A DNA stretch of 64,000 nucleotides, from the IMG/VR virus record IMGVR_UViG_3300025141_015636; one strand, 5' to 3'. A model generated the notes under the pieces. It saw only the letters and a program-made list of their open reading frames with translations, did not search any database and was not told where the DNA came from. Within the stretch, counting starts at the first letter, position 1, and each line of letters begins with the position of its first letter. Below are positions 48,713 through 57,692 of this stretch, in pieces. The position numbers and the translations under genes are program-made. Source of the DNA: an uncultured virus (IMG/VR IMGVR_UViG_3300025141_015636) (lineage: Duplodnaviria > Heunggongvirae > Uroviricota > Caudoviricetes).

Positions 48713-51700
48713 AAGAGTTCTTGAATTCAATAGGTTCAAGCAAACAGGGTATAACATATACAGTTGACCCTACGTACGGCGGTGATGATTCCGGAACGTC
48801 GGCTGATGAGTCTAAGATAGTAGACATCGGAGACGATCTCGGAAAGGATCCGGGAACTGGAAAAGATCTTGTCTCTATAGGGCCTGATCTTGGCGATAGT
48901 TTAATAAATGATTTTCTTGAATATTTGACATTTGCAGAAAACTATTATAGTATTTCTGGAGGCTCACAAAGAGCACCAATGCTATCTCACCTAGATGCAT
49001 CTGGAAACCCAGTTGTATTAAAACCAGCAGAATCTCAAGGTTCACTTGATGGAAATGTATTTGTAAAAACATCAGAGTCCGATGGGGAAATGGGATCATC
49101 AATGTCTCAGTATTCCAATAGTGGCTATTTTGACGGAGAGAGTGTAAAACTTAAAGATATTATTAGCAAGCTTGGGAATATTGGGATAAACGAAGACACA
49201 GGCGACGGACCCCATAGCGGAAATAATCTTCTACCATCGATTGAGGGAACTAGCCTGGATGCAACAGGAAAAACAGTTGTTGATTCGTCGCCGTCAGACG
49301 CTTCTCAAAATCTTACAAAGGGTGTACAGGATGTTGTTCTTTCTAGAAATAGATTTAAAACATCTGATAATACACCCTACAAGAATTCAGATATAGATAT
49401 ATCTGATTTTGAATCAGGCATAAACAAGTCAGGAACAAGAACTTCTCAGGTAAGCATTGGAAACTATAATGCAAACCCGCAAGAGAGTCAAGTTATGACA
49501 AATGAAAAACTAGAGAAGATTGCCAGATCAATGATGCTAAAAGCACTTGGTCTAGATTATGCGGGCACCCCTGGGGAAAGTACAGATCCTGATGAGTATT
49601 CATATGATAATGATATTGCATATGCAGTCTCAGCTCTTCCTGGTCCGCTTCCATTAAAATCTACAAAACCAAGAGAGGCATATGGATCTCCGCAGTTAAG
49701 CACTGGTCAATCAACAAGAGATGGAAAAGGAGCATTTGAACTATCTGGAAAGCAATCATCATACGGTAGCAGCTATACACCTGATTTAAAGTATAATAGT
49801 AATGCATCAAGTGCAGTCATAAAAGCAAGGGCAGCAGCTACAATTATTGGAATGATGAATGTTCTACAGGGAACAGTTGATATCTTATCTGCTGTTAAGG
49901 GAGATGGCGACAAGATAGATCTTAGAAGTGGGCCACTTCTTCTGGGTCAGGCAAAGAGAGTAGCGCTAAAGTCAAGAGTGCAACTATTTCAAAAATATCT
50001 ATCTCCCTATACAAAATATCCATTTATGAGATGCCTAAACCAAGGAATGCTAGTTTTATTTGGAAAAACTTACGAGAATAGAGGAGATCTAGCATCAAAC
50101 TCAGATAGGAATGATATATCGGGTCACCAGACAGTCTCAGAGGCACCAGGGTTCTGGTACTCTATATCAAGATCAATTCTTAATAAATATATTCTTATTT
50201 CATCTAAAATAGGTAATAACGAAGAAAGCTATACTTCGTATCCATCAGCAGCACTATCTGATACAATGTCTGCTGTTGCAAATACTGGTCTTGTAGGAAT
50301 TATTAATGCTGTAGCAGAGATCGGAGATATATCGCTTAGAGCAACTGGAGGTGTTCAGGGAATAGACGCAATGGATGATCCAGTTGCCCCATGGAACGTT
50401 GACAAGCTTTATGATGGACCATCAACAAGAGTTTCAAAAAGTAGATCAAGTGATGGACAAACTTCACTATCACTTGCGTGGAGGGGATCCTCCTCTCCCG
50501 GAATGTATTTGCTTCCTAGAAATGTTATGCTAGCAGCAACCGATATGAATACTTTTGCTAACGGGGCTAATCCGACAAAGGGTCACATGACAAGTGATCT
50601 TATGATGAAAACTTATGTGAATGTAAATGGAGCAGGCCAGTCTGCAAGAATACCAACCGATGTTGTGCAAAGATTGGAAAATGCAATGGACGCTGAGTAT
50701 GTACCGTTTTACTTTCATGATGTTAGAACAAATGAAATGATAGGATTTCATGCATTTCTAGATAATTTATCGGATAGTTATACTGTTAGTCACAATGGTC
50801 AAAAAGGGTACGGAAGAGTTGAGGATGTTAAAGTATACAGAAGTACAACAAGGTCTCTTACATTTAGCTTTTATATAGCTGCAACTTCAAAAGAAGACTT
50901 TGATGAAATGTGGTTTAAAATAAACAAGCTTGTAACCCTAGCATACCCCCAGTGGACAAAGGGCACAGCCATGAAGACTCCGGATGGCGCTGATACTTTT
51001 ATACAACCTTTTAGTCAGGTAATTGGAGCAACCCCTCTCGTAAGATTAAGAATAGGAGACGTTATAAAGGGAAATTATTCTAGATTTAATCTTGCAAGAA
51101 TGTTTGGTGTTGGAGAAAGAGATTTTGAAATATCTGGTGGTCTAGCATTAGGAAAATCAGGGCTTTTAGTTACTGGAAACGCACAGAGAAAAATTGGAGA
51201 AGTACAACTTGAAACAGTTTTTAAAGTAATGTTTGGATCGCCTCTAGCTCTAGGGATAGGTAGTGGAGATGCAGGAGCAGGTTTTGGAGATAAGATATTA
51301 AGAACAGCTCTTTCGGGAGTATCTTTAAATGGATTTGTAAATCCTATAGGTGCTGGCCTTGTCCTTAGACAGTTGAGAAGTCCTGATATAGCAGAGAAGA
51401 CAGCACCAGAGTCAGCCTCAACAGTAGCAGAAACGCTTCAAAAAGCTGCAGCATCTCTTGCTGGATCTACAGCAGGCTGGTTTTCAGATGATGTTGGGGG
51501 ATATACTGAATCAGACAAGCCAATTCTAAAAGCTAGCATAGATCTTGGATATGAATTAAAATCTGGTACAACATACAGAATAACAAGGCCCTATGTCGTG
51601 CAAGTTATTGATAAAAAACGTGTAGATATTAATTCAATAGGATCTGCGCAGCCATCCAAAGTATCAAAAGGATTTAGAAGAGAAGGTGAAATTAAGACGA

Positions 51701-52305
51701 AGGTCAGGTATACAGTAAAAATTATTGACTACGCTGCCCCCTCTGATATTTATGGAAAAAGTATGACTTGTTACCATGAGGATCTTATGCCCAATCCTGA
51801 TGTTATGTTTCTTAATAATATAGCACCATTTATGAATGTCATGGCTTGGGGAACTGGAGCTCTATCAGCTTTTTTAAGTGATTTTGCAACACAGACAGGA
51901 TTTCCAAATGATGCTATGCAACTATTTACAACAAATGCAAATGAATTTATGCATCCCGGAAATAACTCAATTACAAGAGCATTTGAAAATTCTGGCGGAA
52001 GAGGCCTTGCTGGTGTCTTTAGGAGTCTTAGTTTTAACTGGATTGATCCTATGACTACATGGGAGATTGACTGGAATTCTCGAGCTCCAAAGTTTTGCAA
52101 AGTTCAAGTCGGCTTTGATGTTATTCACGATCTACCACCAGGAATTGATTCAAGTGGATACAATAGAGCCCCAATTTATAATGTTGGAAATATTATGAAT
52201 TCAGTTGCAGGAGATGTCCAGCCAGATGGCGGAAGGGGATCACAAGATTCTTACAAGAGAGCAGGCAAATTTAGTGCGCAACCGCTAGATAAAAATAAAC
52301 TATAG
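48694..52305 (+). CDS. Baseplate tube-initiator-like protein (gp48/gp54 / CIS-tube-type domain) with large additions
   Basis: PFYFHD...FHAFLDNLSDSY.......GYGRVEDVKVY..TTRSLTFSF...MWFKINKL..LAYP...PLVRLRIGD, and later GVFRSLSF.W...WE....RAPK...V...FDVIHD. Confidence 0.7.
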   Translation: MAREKLKEFLNSIGSSKQGITYTVDPTYGGDDSGTSADESKIVDIGDDLGKDPGTGKDLVSIGPDLGDSLINDFLEYLTFAENYYSISGGSQRAPMLSHLDASGNPVVLKPAESQGSLDGNVFVKTSESDGEMGSSMSQYSNSGYFDGESVKLKDIISKLGNIGINEDTGDGPHSGNNLLPSIEGTSLDATGKTVVDSSPSDASQNLTKGVQDVVLSRNRFKTSDNTPYKNSDIDISDFESGINKSGTRTSQVSIGNYNANPQESQVMTNEKLEKIARSMMLKALGLDYAGTPGESTDPDEYSYDNDIAYAVSALPGPLPLKSTKPREAYGSPQLSTGQSTRDGKGAFELSGKQSSYGSSYTPDLKYNSNASSAVIKARAAATIIGMMNVLQGTVDILSAVKGDGDKIDLRSGPLLLGQAKRVALKSRVQLFQKYLSPYTKYPFMRCLNQGMLVLFGKTYENRGDLASNSDRNDISGHQTVSEAPGFWYSISRSILNKYILISSKIGNNEESYTSYPSAALSDTMSAVANTGLVGIINAVAEIGDISLRATGGVQGIDAMDDPVAPWNVDKLYDGPSTRVSKSRSSDGQTSLSLAWRGSSSPGMYLLPRNVMLAATDMNTFANGANPTKGHMTSDLMMKTYVNVNGAGQSARIPTDVVQRLENAMDAEYVPFYFHDVRTNEMIGFHAFLDNLSDSYTVSHNGQKGYGRVEDVKVYRSTTRSLTFSFYIAATSKEDFDEMWFKINKLVTLAYPQWTKGTAMKTPDGADTFIQPFSQVIGATPLVRLRIGDVIKGNYSRFNLARMFGVGERDFEISGGLALGKSGLLVTGNAQRKIGEVQLETVFKVMFGSPLALGIGSGDAGAGFGDKILRTALSGVSLNGFVNPIGAGLVLRQLRSPDIAEKTAPESASTVAETLQKAAASLAGSTAGWFSDDVGGYTESDKPILKASIDLGYELKSGTTYRITRPYVVQVIDKKRVDINSIGSAQPSKVSKGFRREGEIKTKVRYTVKIIDYAAPSDIYGKSMTCYHEDLMPNPDVMFLNNIAPFMNVMAWGTGALSAFLSDFATQTGFPNDAMQLFTTNANEFMHPGNNSITRAFENSGGRGLAGVFRSLSFNWIDPMTTWEIDWNSRAPKFCKVQVGFDVIHDLPPGIDSSGYNRAPIYNVGNIMNSVAGDVQPDGGRGSQDSYKRAGKFSAQPLDKNKL

Positions 52306-52315
52306 GATTTAAATT

Positions 52316-52612
52316 ATGGCAATGGGTAGATATACTTTCCTTAGAAGACTTAATGAAGGAACAATGTACAGCACACCTCACTCATCAGATAAGATATTTA
52401 TGGGTGTTCTAAAGGGCACAATATCAGTTACTTTTAAAAAGCTTGTTGAAAATCAAAGAATTGATCATATTGCAGCAGAACACTATGGAGACGGATCTTA
52501 CTGGTGGGTTATAGCAGCTGCTTCTGGAATTGGGTGGTCACTGCAAGCTCCAGCTGGAACAATTCTAAGAATTCCAATAGATCTTGGCCAGATAATGAGA
52601 ATAGTGAGATAG
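52316..52612 (+). CDS. LysM-like baseplate wedge protein (gp53 / P2 gpX-like)
   Basis: QRIDHIAAEHYGDGSYWWVIAAASGI....PAGTILRIP. Confidence 0.85.
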   Translation: MAMGRYTFLRRLNEGTMYSTPHSSDKIFMGVLKGTISVTFKKLVENQRIDHIAAEHYGDGSYWWVIAAASGIGWSLQAPAGTILRIPIDLGQIMRIVR

Positions 52613-52613
52613 A

Positions 52614-55600
52614 ATGAGTGACGAAGCACCCCCAGCAAATAGACTTGATGCGGCAGTTAGAGAGTTAGAAAAATACTATACCGGAACAGGATTTGAAAAT
52701 TCGTCTGCTCAATTCTCTGATCTCGGATTTTTGAGCCTATTTGGCCTCGGATCATCCGTCACAATCGAGGGCGTGCCCGGGCCTATGTCAGACAGCATGC
52801 AAGATAGTCAGATAAGATTTTTGCAGGGAATTCTTTACGATAATAGTGAGGGAGGATACTTTCTAAAAGATATAATGAATTCTATTGGAAGTCAATTTGG
52901 ATCTGAGATCGCAGCCTCAATTGGGATTAAGATGGAGTCAAGCATTGAACCAGATTCTCCTGTAAATGATAGTGCAAGAGTTGAAGCTGCTGGAGGTCAA
53001 GCAGGTGTTACTGAGTGTACTGCAGGTGTAGATAGAAGTTCTCAGCTGGAATCATCTGCAACTCCAGGTGCAGCCGCAGCAGCAGGAGATGCTTCTACAG
53101 GTGCAGGGGCGAGAGAAACTGTTCCAGAAGGAAATAATTCAGGAGATCCGGATAGAATAGATAATCCAACTATGGGAACAGTAGAAATTGCAGATTATAA
53201 TCTTTTCTTTTGTAATAGGCATGCATCTGCAGCTTCAATATTTATGAATTCAATACCTTCAATTGAAATGTCACAATGCGCACCATATATAAATCTTAGA
53301 TTTATAACAGACTTGCCGCAATTTATAGGTGGATTTGATACATTTAACCTTGTCGGATTTTTGGGTTCTGACACAGGAGGACCAGCTCTCTCGATACCGT
53401 CTCTAGATGGGGGGTCTGCTGATACAATACTAGCATCAGCAGTTCCAATAAATGATGATTCAAATTTATTTGACATAGCTAGCGGAGACTCTATTGATTT
53501 TGATGCGGCAGCAGTCACACTAGACCTCTCAAGCCCAAATATTTCGATAACAAGACAGGTCGCAAATGCAGGAATTGAATTATTCACAATCCCACAAACT
53601 GCAAATAATGCATCACAGACCGGCGAGTTAGGAGGACCTCTAAATACAATGGTTCCGCTGATGTCGCTTGAGCAACTTACAATTGATATAGCAGGTCTTG
53701 GGCAGTCTATTCTTGCAAATAAAACTGCAACGATGCAACTAGTTTTACATGATAGATCACAATTATCTACAATATCTCCCATAATAGCAGCAGATTCAAC
53801 ATCAGCTACGTATATCGAGATAGAGTGGGGATGGTCACATGCCCAAGGGAATAATATGGTTGGGTCAAATGTATATGCAGATTTCTTAGATTCTCTCAAG
53901 AGCAAATCAATATTCAATATTCAAGTTTCAAATGTAGATTTTCTCGATGATGGTCAGGTTAGAGTAACACTTAAGCTTGCGTCTAGAGGCCAGTCAGACG
54001 TGGATAGTCTGCCAATTGGAAGCGGAGTAGAGCATGTATCTCTTTCTCTTATAAGGCCCCTGGCAGAAAGAATAGTTGCTGCAGTAGAAGGTTCAAAAGT
54101 TAGAGGTACAATATCACACGGTGAGTCTCTAAGTGATTCACGAAGATTGCAAGCAAATGCTCACGAAGCAAGGAGAATTCATCAAAGAATACCGGGAAGG
54201 ATTAGAAACGTAGCAAGTCCGCTCACTTTAATTCCAATTTCTGTATACAAAGATTTACTAAAGACTTTGAGAACTCATGCACAAGAACCTGATCAAGATT
54301 CTGCAACTATAGCTGGAACAATGTCATCTCTTACCGCAGCAATCAATGTTGCGCTTGATGCTCTTGATGAACAGCAGACAACAACAGCTAGGTATTCAAC
54401 GCTAACAGCTGAAATAGAAAGAAAAAATGGAATGTTAAACAGAAGAGATCTCTTTGCAGACGGAGGAACACCTGCATCTGAAAGTGTCACTGTCGCAATT
54501 GATAGACAGTCTGACTCACAGGGAGCTGTAGAAGCAACATCAGAATCAACATCGTCAGAAGAGACAATAACATTTTCTGTTCCAACTCTTGGACAGCTAC
54601 TTGTTACAATGGTTGGAACGCCCTTGCAGCAATCTGGAAAATATGACGAAGTTCAATGGTTTTTTTATCCCTTTAATGATCACGCAGCTGCAATGGCTGA
54701 TGTAAGTCTTGCAAGATTCACTGTTACAAACTGGGCGCGACTATACTCAGAGCTAACAGTTGGAGACAATGTCAGAATATCTGCATATACAATAAAGTCA
54801 TTTATAAACTGGGTTTTTGGTGAGACTGTTGAAAAATTAAATGATCCAAATTATGAGCTTACTGACTACTATAACTCTATATCTGAGCTTCGTGCAGATG
54901 ATGATATAGATCCTGCACTAAGAGACTCACAGATATCACAGATTAGAGATTCTCTCCCGTCGAGGCTAAGAACAATATATTCTCGTAAAGAAGGCCCTCG
55001 AAACGAAAAATTTACTATTCCAGATGTAAGAGTTCTTATGGAGTGTGTTCCAGCACTTATAGGGACACCGCCAAGCGGAAAGCCGTCTTCTGAGAAAAAT
55101 ATATTAAGAATACATGTATATGATGCAAATGCGGGAATTCCATGGGAAGCAAGGCTTCTACAGCAAATAATGAACAGTGATGAATATACAGTTGTAAGTC
55201 CAGGTGGCTCTCCAACACCTCCAACACCATCGGATGTAGATAGTGATACTGCGGGAGCAAGAGAAACGAATGTCAGCGCAACAAGATCTAGCAATAGAAC
55301 TAGTCAATTTTTTGACAAGCTATTAGAAGATTATGGAATTAAAAAGGCAGCTGTCCAAATAGAGAATCCGGACGGAAGCGGAATGTCAGATGTAGAAGCA
55401 TATATCAATGCTATGTCAATTGGTCAGATTAAAGATGCAATAAAATCAATCTCACCAAGTATAACCTTTGGAGGACAATTTACAAATATAACCAGGATTA
55501 GCATGAGAAGTGAAACATCTGGAGACGTTGCAAATACACTTCTTTTAAATTCAATCAGAGATAATGCTGGAAATATGGGAACTGATCAAGATGGCGGTGT

Positions 55601-55868
55601 TGAGGAAGATGTTTTTGTAATACCGACACAGGCAACTATATCTTGTGCAGGCTTTCCCCTTGTAGAATATGGTCAAAAGTTTTATATAGATATGGGAAGT
55701 GGAACAACTGCTGATAATTTTTACTATGTTGTGGGCATAAGACATACCTTGAGATCGGGAGACTTTACCACTAATTTGACTTTAAGATATAATAGTTCTG
55801 CAACTATGCAATCAATAAGAACAGCTTTGTCAACAGCTGCAAAGACAACTGATACTAACTATACATAG
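52614..55868 (+). CDS. Baseplate hub protein (gp27 / P2 gpD-like), enlarged
   Basis: IEIEWGWS motif; C-terminal ATISCAGFPLVEYGQKFYID.....DNFYYVVGIRHTLRSGDFTTNLTL; follows the LysM gene. Confidence 0.65.
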   Translation: MSDEAPPANRLDAAVRELEKYYTGTGFENSSAQFSDLGFLSLFGLGSSVTIEGVPGPMSDSMQDSQIRFLQGILYDNSEGGYFLKDIMNSIGSQFGSEIAASIGIKMESSIEPDSPVNDSARVEAAGGQAGVTECTAGVDRSSQLESSATPGAAAAAGDASTGAGARETVPEGNNSGDPDRIDNPTMGTVEIADYNLFFCNRHASAASIFMNSIPSIEMSQCAPYINLRFITDLPQFIGGFDTFNLVGFLGSDTGGPALSIPSLDGGSADTILASAVPINDDSNLFDIASGDSIDFDAAAVTLDLSSPNISITRQVANAGIELFTIPQTANNASQTGELGGPLNTMVPLMSLEQLTIDIAGLGQSILANKTATMQLVLHDRSQLSTISPIIAADSTSATYIEIEWGWSHAQGNNMVGSNVYADFLDSLKSKSIFNIQVSNVDFLDDGQVRVTLKLASRGQSDVDSLPIGSGVEHVSLSLIRPLAERIVAAVEGSKVRGTISHGESLSDSRRLQANAHEARRIHQRIPGRIRNVASPLTLIPISVYKDLLKTLRTHAQEPDQDSATIAGTMSSLTAAINVALDALDEQQTTTARYSTLTAEIERKNGMLNRRDLFADGGTPASESVTVAIDRQSDSQGAVEATSESTSSEETITFSVPTLGQLLVTMVGTPLQQSGKYDEVQWFFYPFNDHAAAMADVSLARFTVTNWARLYSELTVGDNVRISAYTIKSFINWVFGETVEKLNDPNYELTDYYNSISELRADDDIDPALRDSQISQIRDSLPSRLRTIYSRKEGPRNEKFTIPDVRVLMECVPALIGTPPSGKPSSEKNILRIHVYDANAGIPWEARLLQQIMNSDEYTVVSPGGSPTPPTPSDVDSDTAGARETNVSATRSSNRTSQFFDKLLEDYGIKKAAVQIENPDGSGMSDVEAYINAMSIGQIKDAIKSISPSITFGGQFTNITRISMRSETSGDVANTLLLNSIRDNAGNMGTDQDGGVEEDVFVIPTQATISCAGFPLVEYGQKFYIDMGSGTTADNFYYVVGIRHTLRSGDFTTNLTLRYNSSATMQSIRTALSTAAKTTDTNYT

Positions 55869-55897
55869 TTGAACATATACAATTTTGTATGTATAGT
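55869..55897 (+). promoter_or_regulatory. Sigma70-type promoter for the polymerase operon
   Basis: TTGAAC (55869-55874) - 17 nt - TATAGT (55892-55897), at the switch from structural to replication genes. Confidence 0.7.
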
Positions 55898-55904
55898 TTT
55901 ATAT

Positions 55905-57104
55905 ATGAATCTTGTTCTATCATCAGAATCTATTGGATCAGATAGGAATCTACTATATAATGGTAAGACTTGGACATGGGTATCTTCATATCCAAAAGAA
56001 TCTTTTCTATGGGGATTTGATGATTATAGGGATATTAGAGAGGCAATGTCATGCATAGGAATAGAAATTCCTAATTTTTTATCAACTCCGCACACAAAAG
56101 CATTTAAATATCTTGGTGCAAATATTGAAAAAATTCCGTGGTCCATGTGTATGAAAAAATCGAAGTATAAAGAGATTATTAAAAACATTGTAGATCAGCT
56201 CTGGATGAATATCAATGATGAATCCAACAGTTACTATATTACAACTCACAGAAGAAATAGAAAGTTGATCCAGGGCCTTGTATCGCCATATATTGATATG
56301 CATGAGGTAAAGAGAATTTCTTTAGAAAACATTAATGAGAATAGTAATTTAAATTCAAATCTACAAATTAAAAAATTTATATCAAACGGGACAAATGTTG
56401 CAAATAAATCTACATATTCACTATCGTCCTCTGTAACTGGGAGAATGACTATATCTAGTGGTCCTAATATATTGACTCTTAAGAAAGAGAATAGGTCTAT
56501 TATTAAGTCAAGATATAATGATGGATCAATACTTGAAATAGATATAAAGTCCGCAGAGCCACGAGTTGCACTATCACTAATAGGAAAAAGTGTGTCAGGT
56601 GACATTTATAGCGAAATAATGAATTCAATTGGTGTAAAAATATCTAGAGAGGCTGCAAAAATAGCAACGTTATCTGCAATATATGGAGCTTCACATCACT
56701 CTTTAAAGAGTAGACTTCCAGACTCAGCAAATTCTAGACACGTTCTTGATAGCGTAAAGAATTATTTTAGAGTTTCTGATCTTGAAAAAGTTATACATGA
56801 GCAAAAAAAAGATTTCGGATATATCTCTAATACACACGGCCGAAAAATATTTAGTAGTGAACCAAGCGTCAATCACCTCATACAGTCATCAACTGTGGAT
56901 GTTTCTTTTGATATTTTTGAAAATCTCTTTGCATATCTAGATAGTCAGGAAATAGATTACAAGCCCTTGTACTTTATTCACGATGCAGTTATAATAGATG
57001 TACGTGGTTCTGATAAGATGCGTGCTATTAAAGCTTGCAGTGATGGATTTATATCTAAGAAAGTTGGAACATTATTCCCAGTATCAGTAGAGGAGATAAA
57101 ATGA
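55905..57104 (+). CDS. Compact family A DNA polymerase (polymerase domain only)
   Basis: TGRMT...PN, motif A EIDIKSAEPR, motif B REAAKIATLSAIYG, NHLIQS, motif C IHDAV. No exonuclease motifs recognised. ATG 55905 preferred over the TTG at 55869, which is the -35 box. Confidence 0.85.
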   Translation: MNLVLSSESIGSDRNLLYNGKTWTWVSSYPKESFLWGFDDYRDIREAMSCIGIEIPNFLSTPHTKAFKYLGANIEKIPWSMCMKKSKYKEIIKNIVDQLWMNINDESNSYYITTHRRNRKLIQGLVSPYIDMHEVKRISLENINENSNLNSNLQIKKFISNGTNVANKSTYSLSSSVTGRMTISSGPNILTLKKENRSIIKSRYNDGSILEIDIKSAEPRVALSLIGKSVSGDIYSEIMNSIGVKISREAAKIATLSAIYGASHHSLKSRLPDSANSRHVLDSVKNYFRVSDLEKVIHEQKKDFGYISNTHGRKIFSSEPSVNHLIQSSTVDVSFDIFENLFAYLDSQEIDYKPLYFIHDAVIIDVRGSDKMRAIKACSDGFISKKVGTLFPVSVEEIK

Positions 57105-57688
57105 GTGTACTAGATTTAGAAAATAACTGGAAAACATATGAAAAGTTATGTCAAAGATTGTCTAATGATAATTTAAATAAACTTCTTGAATATTTGGGTG
57201 AAAGAATTGTAATGTGCCCAGCTACTCCTCGAACTGATCAGTATAGCTGCGAGCCCGGAGGTTTGGTTCAGCACTCACTCGATACTACTATTATGATGAG
57301 GACCCTAAATGAATCTTTAGGATTTAATTTACCTATTGCTTCTATTCTCAAGGTAGGCCTCTTGCATGATATCGGAAAAGTAGGAGACTTAGAAAATGAC
57401 TATTTTGTTGAGCAAGACTCTGACTGGCATAGAGAAAAACTAGGTCAGCATTACAAATACAACGAAGATATACAAAAGATGTCTATTTCACACAGGACAC
57501 TGTTTTTACTCAATCATTTTGGTATTATGCTAGGTGTTGATGAGTGGATAGCTATTCAATTAGCGCAAGGATCACACTTCGAGGAAAATAGATTCTACGT
57601 GGGAAGTGAACCATCACTAGCAATATTACTCCAAATGTCAAAATCTATAGCTATTCATAAGGAAAGACTCACGCAGAAGCATAATTAA
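57101..57688 (+). CDS. HD-domain protein (YhaM-like HD subfamily)
   Basis: PA........GGLVQHSL...LLHDIGKVG; ATGA overlap with the polymerase stop. Confidence 0.8.
   Translation: MSVLDLENNWKTYEKLCQRLSNDNLNKLLEYLGERIVMCPATPRTDQYSCEPGGLVQHSLDTTIMMRTLNESLGFNLPIASILKVGLLHDIGKVGDLENDYFVEQDSDWHREKLGQHYKYNEDIQKMSISHRTLFLLNHFGIMLGVDEWIAIQLAQGSHFEENRFYVGSEPSLAILLQMSKSIAIHKERLTQKHN
57681..57687 (+). promoter_or_regulatory. Putative late promoter (ATANTTA)
   Basis: ATAATTA only 5 nt before the GTG at 57693; no SD, so possibly leaderless. Confidence 0.35.
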
Positions 57689-57692
57689 ACAT

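Noticed and set aside
53195..53917. 240-aa minus-strand ORF (and similar ones at 21002-21592, 33945-34484, 37768-38247, 59098-59526)
   Set aside because: They lie antisense to well-supported genes, have no motifs or SD, and show the composition expected for shadow frames.
37841..55868. Sheath-sheath-tube-LysM-hub cluster as an extracellular contractile injection system or tailocin
   Set aside because: It is contiguous with terminase, portal, protease, capsid, neck and replication genes, so it is a phage tail.
52614..57104. Hub ORF and polA ORF abut in the same frame across a single TAG (55866-55868), suggesting read-through or TAG recoding
   Set aside because: The junction is a well-formed sigma70 promoter whose -35 box supplies the TTG. 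Many genes here end in TAG with the next gene starting just after, and conserved genes are not interrupted by TAG/TGA, so the standard code fits.
55905..57688. PolA + HD pair as a 2-aminoadenine (Z-genome) DpoZ/DatZ module
   Set aside because: The HD protein has the YhaM-like GGL..H / HDIGK pattern rather than a DatZ-like one, the polymerase lacks an exonuclease domain, and no purZ/mazZ gene is in the window. It cannot be fully excluded without the rest of the genome.
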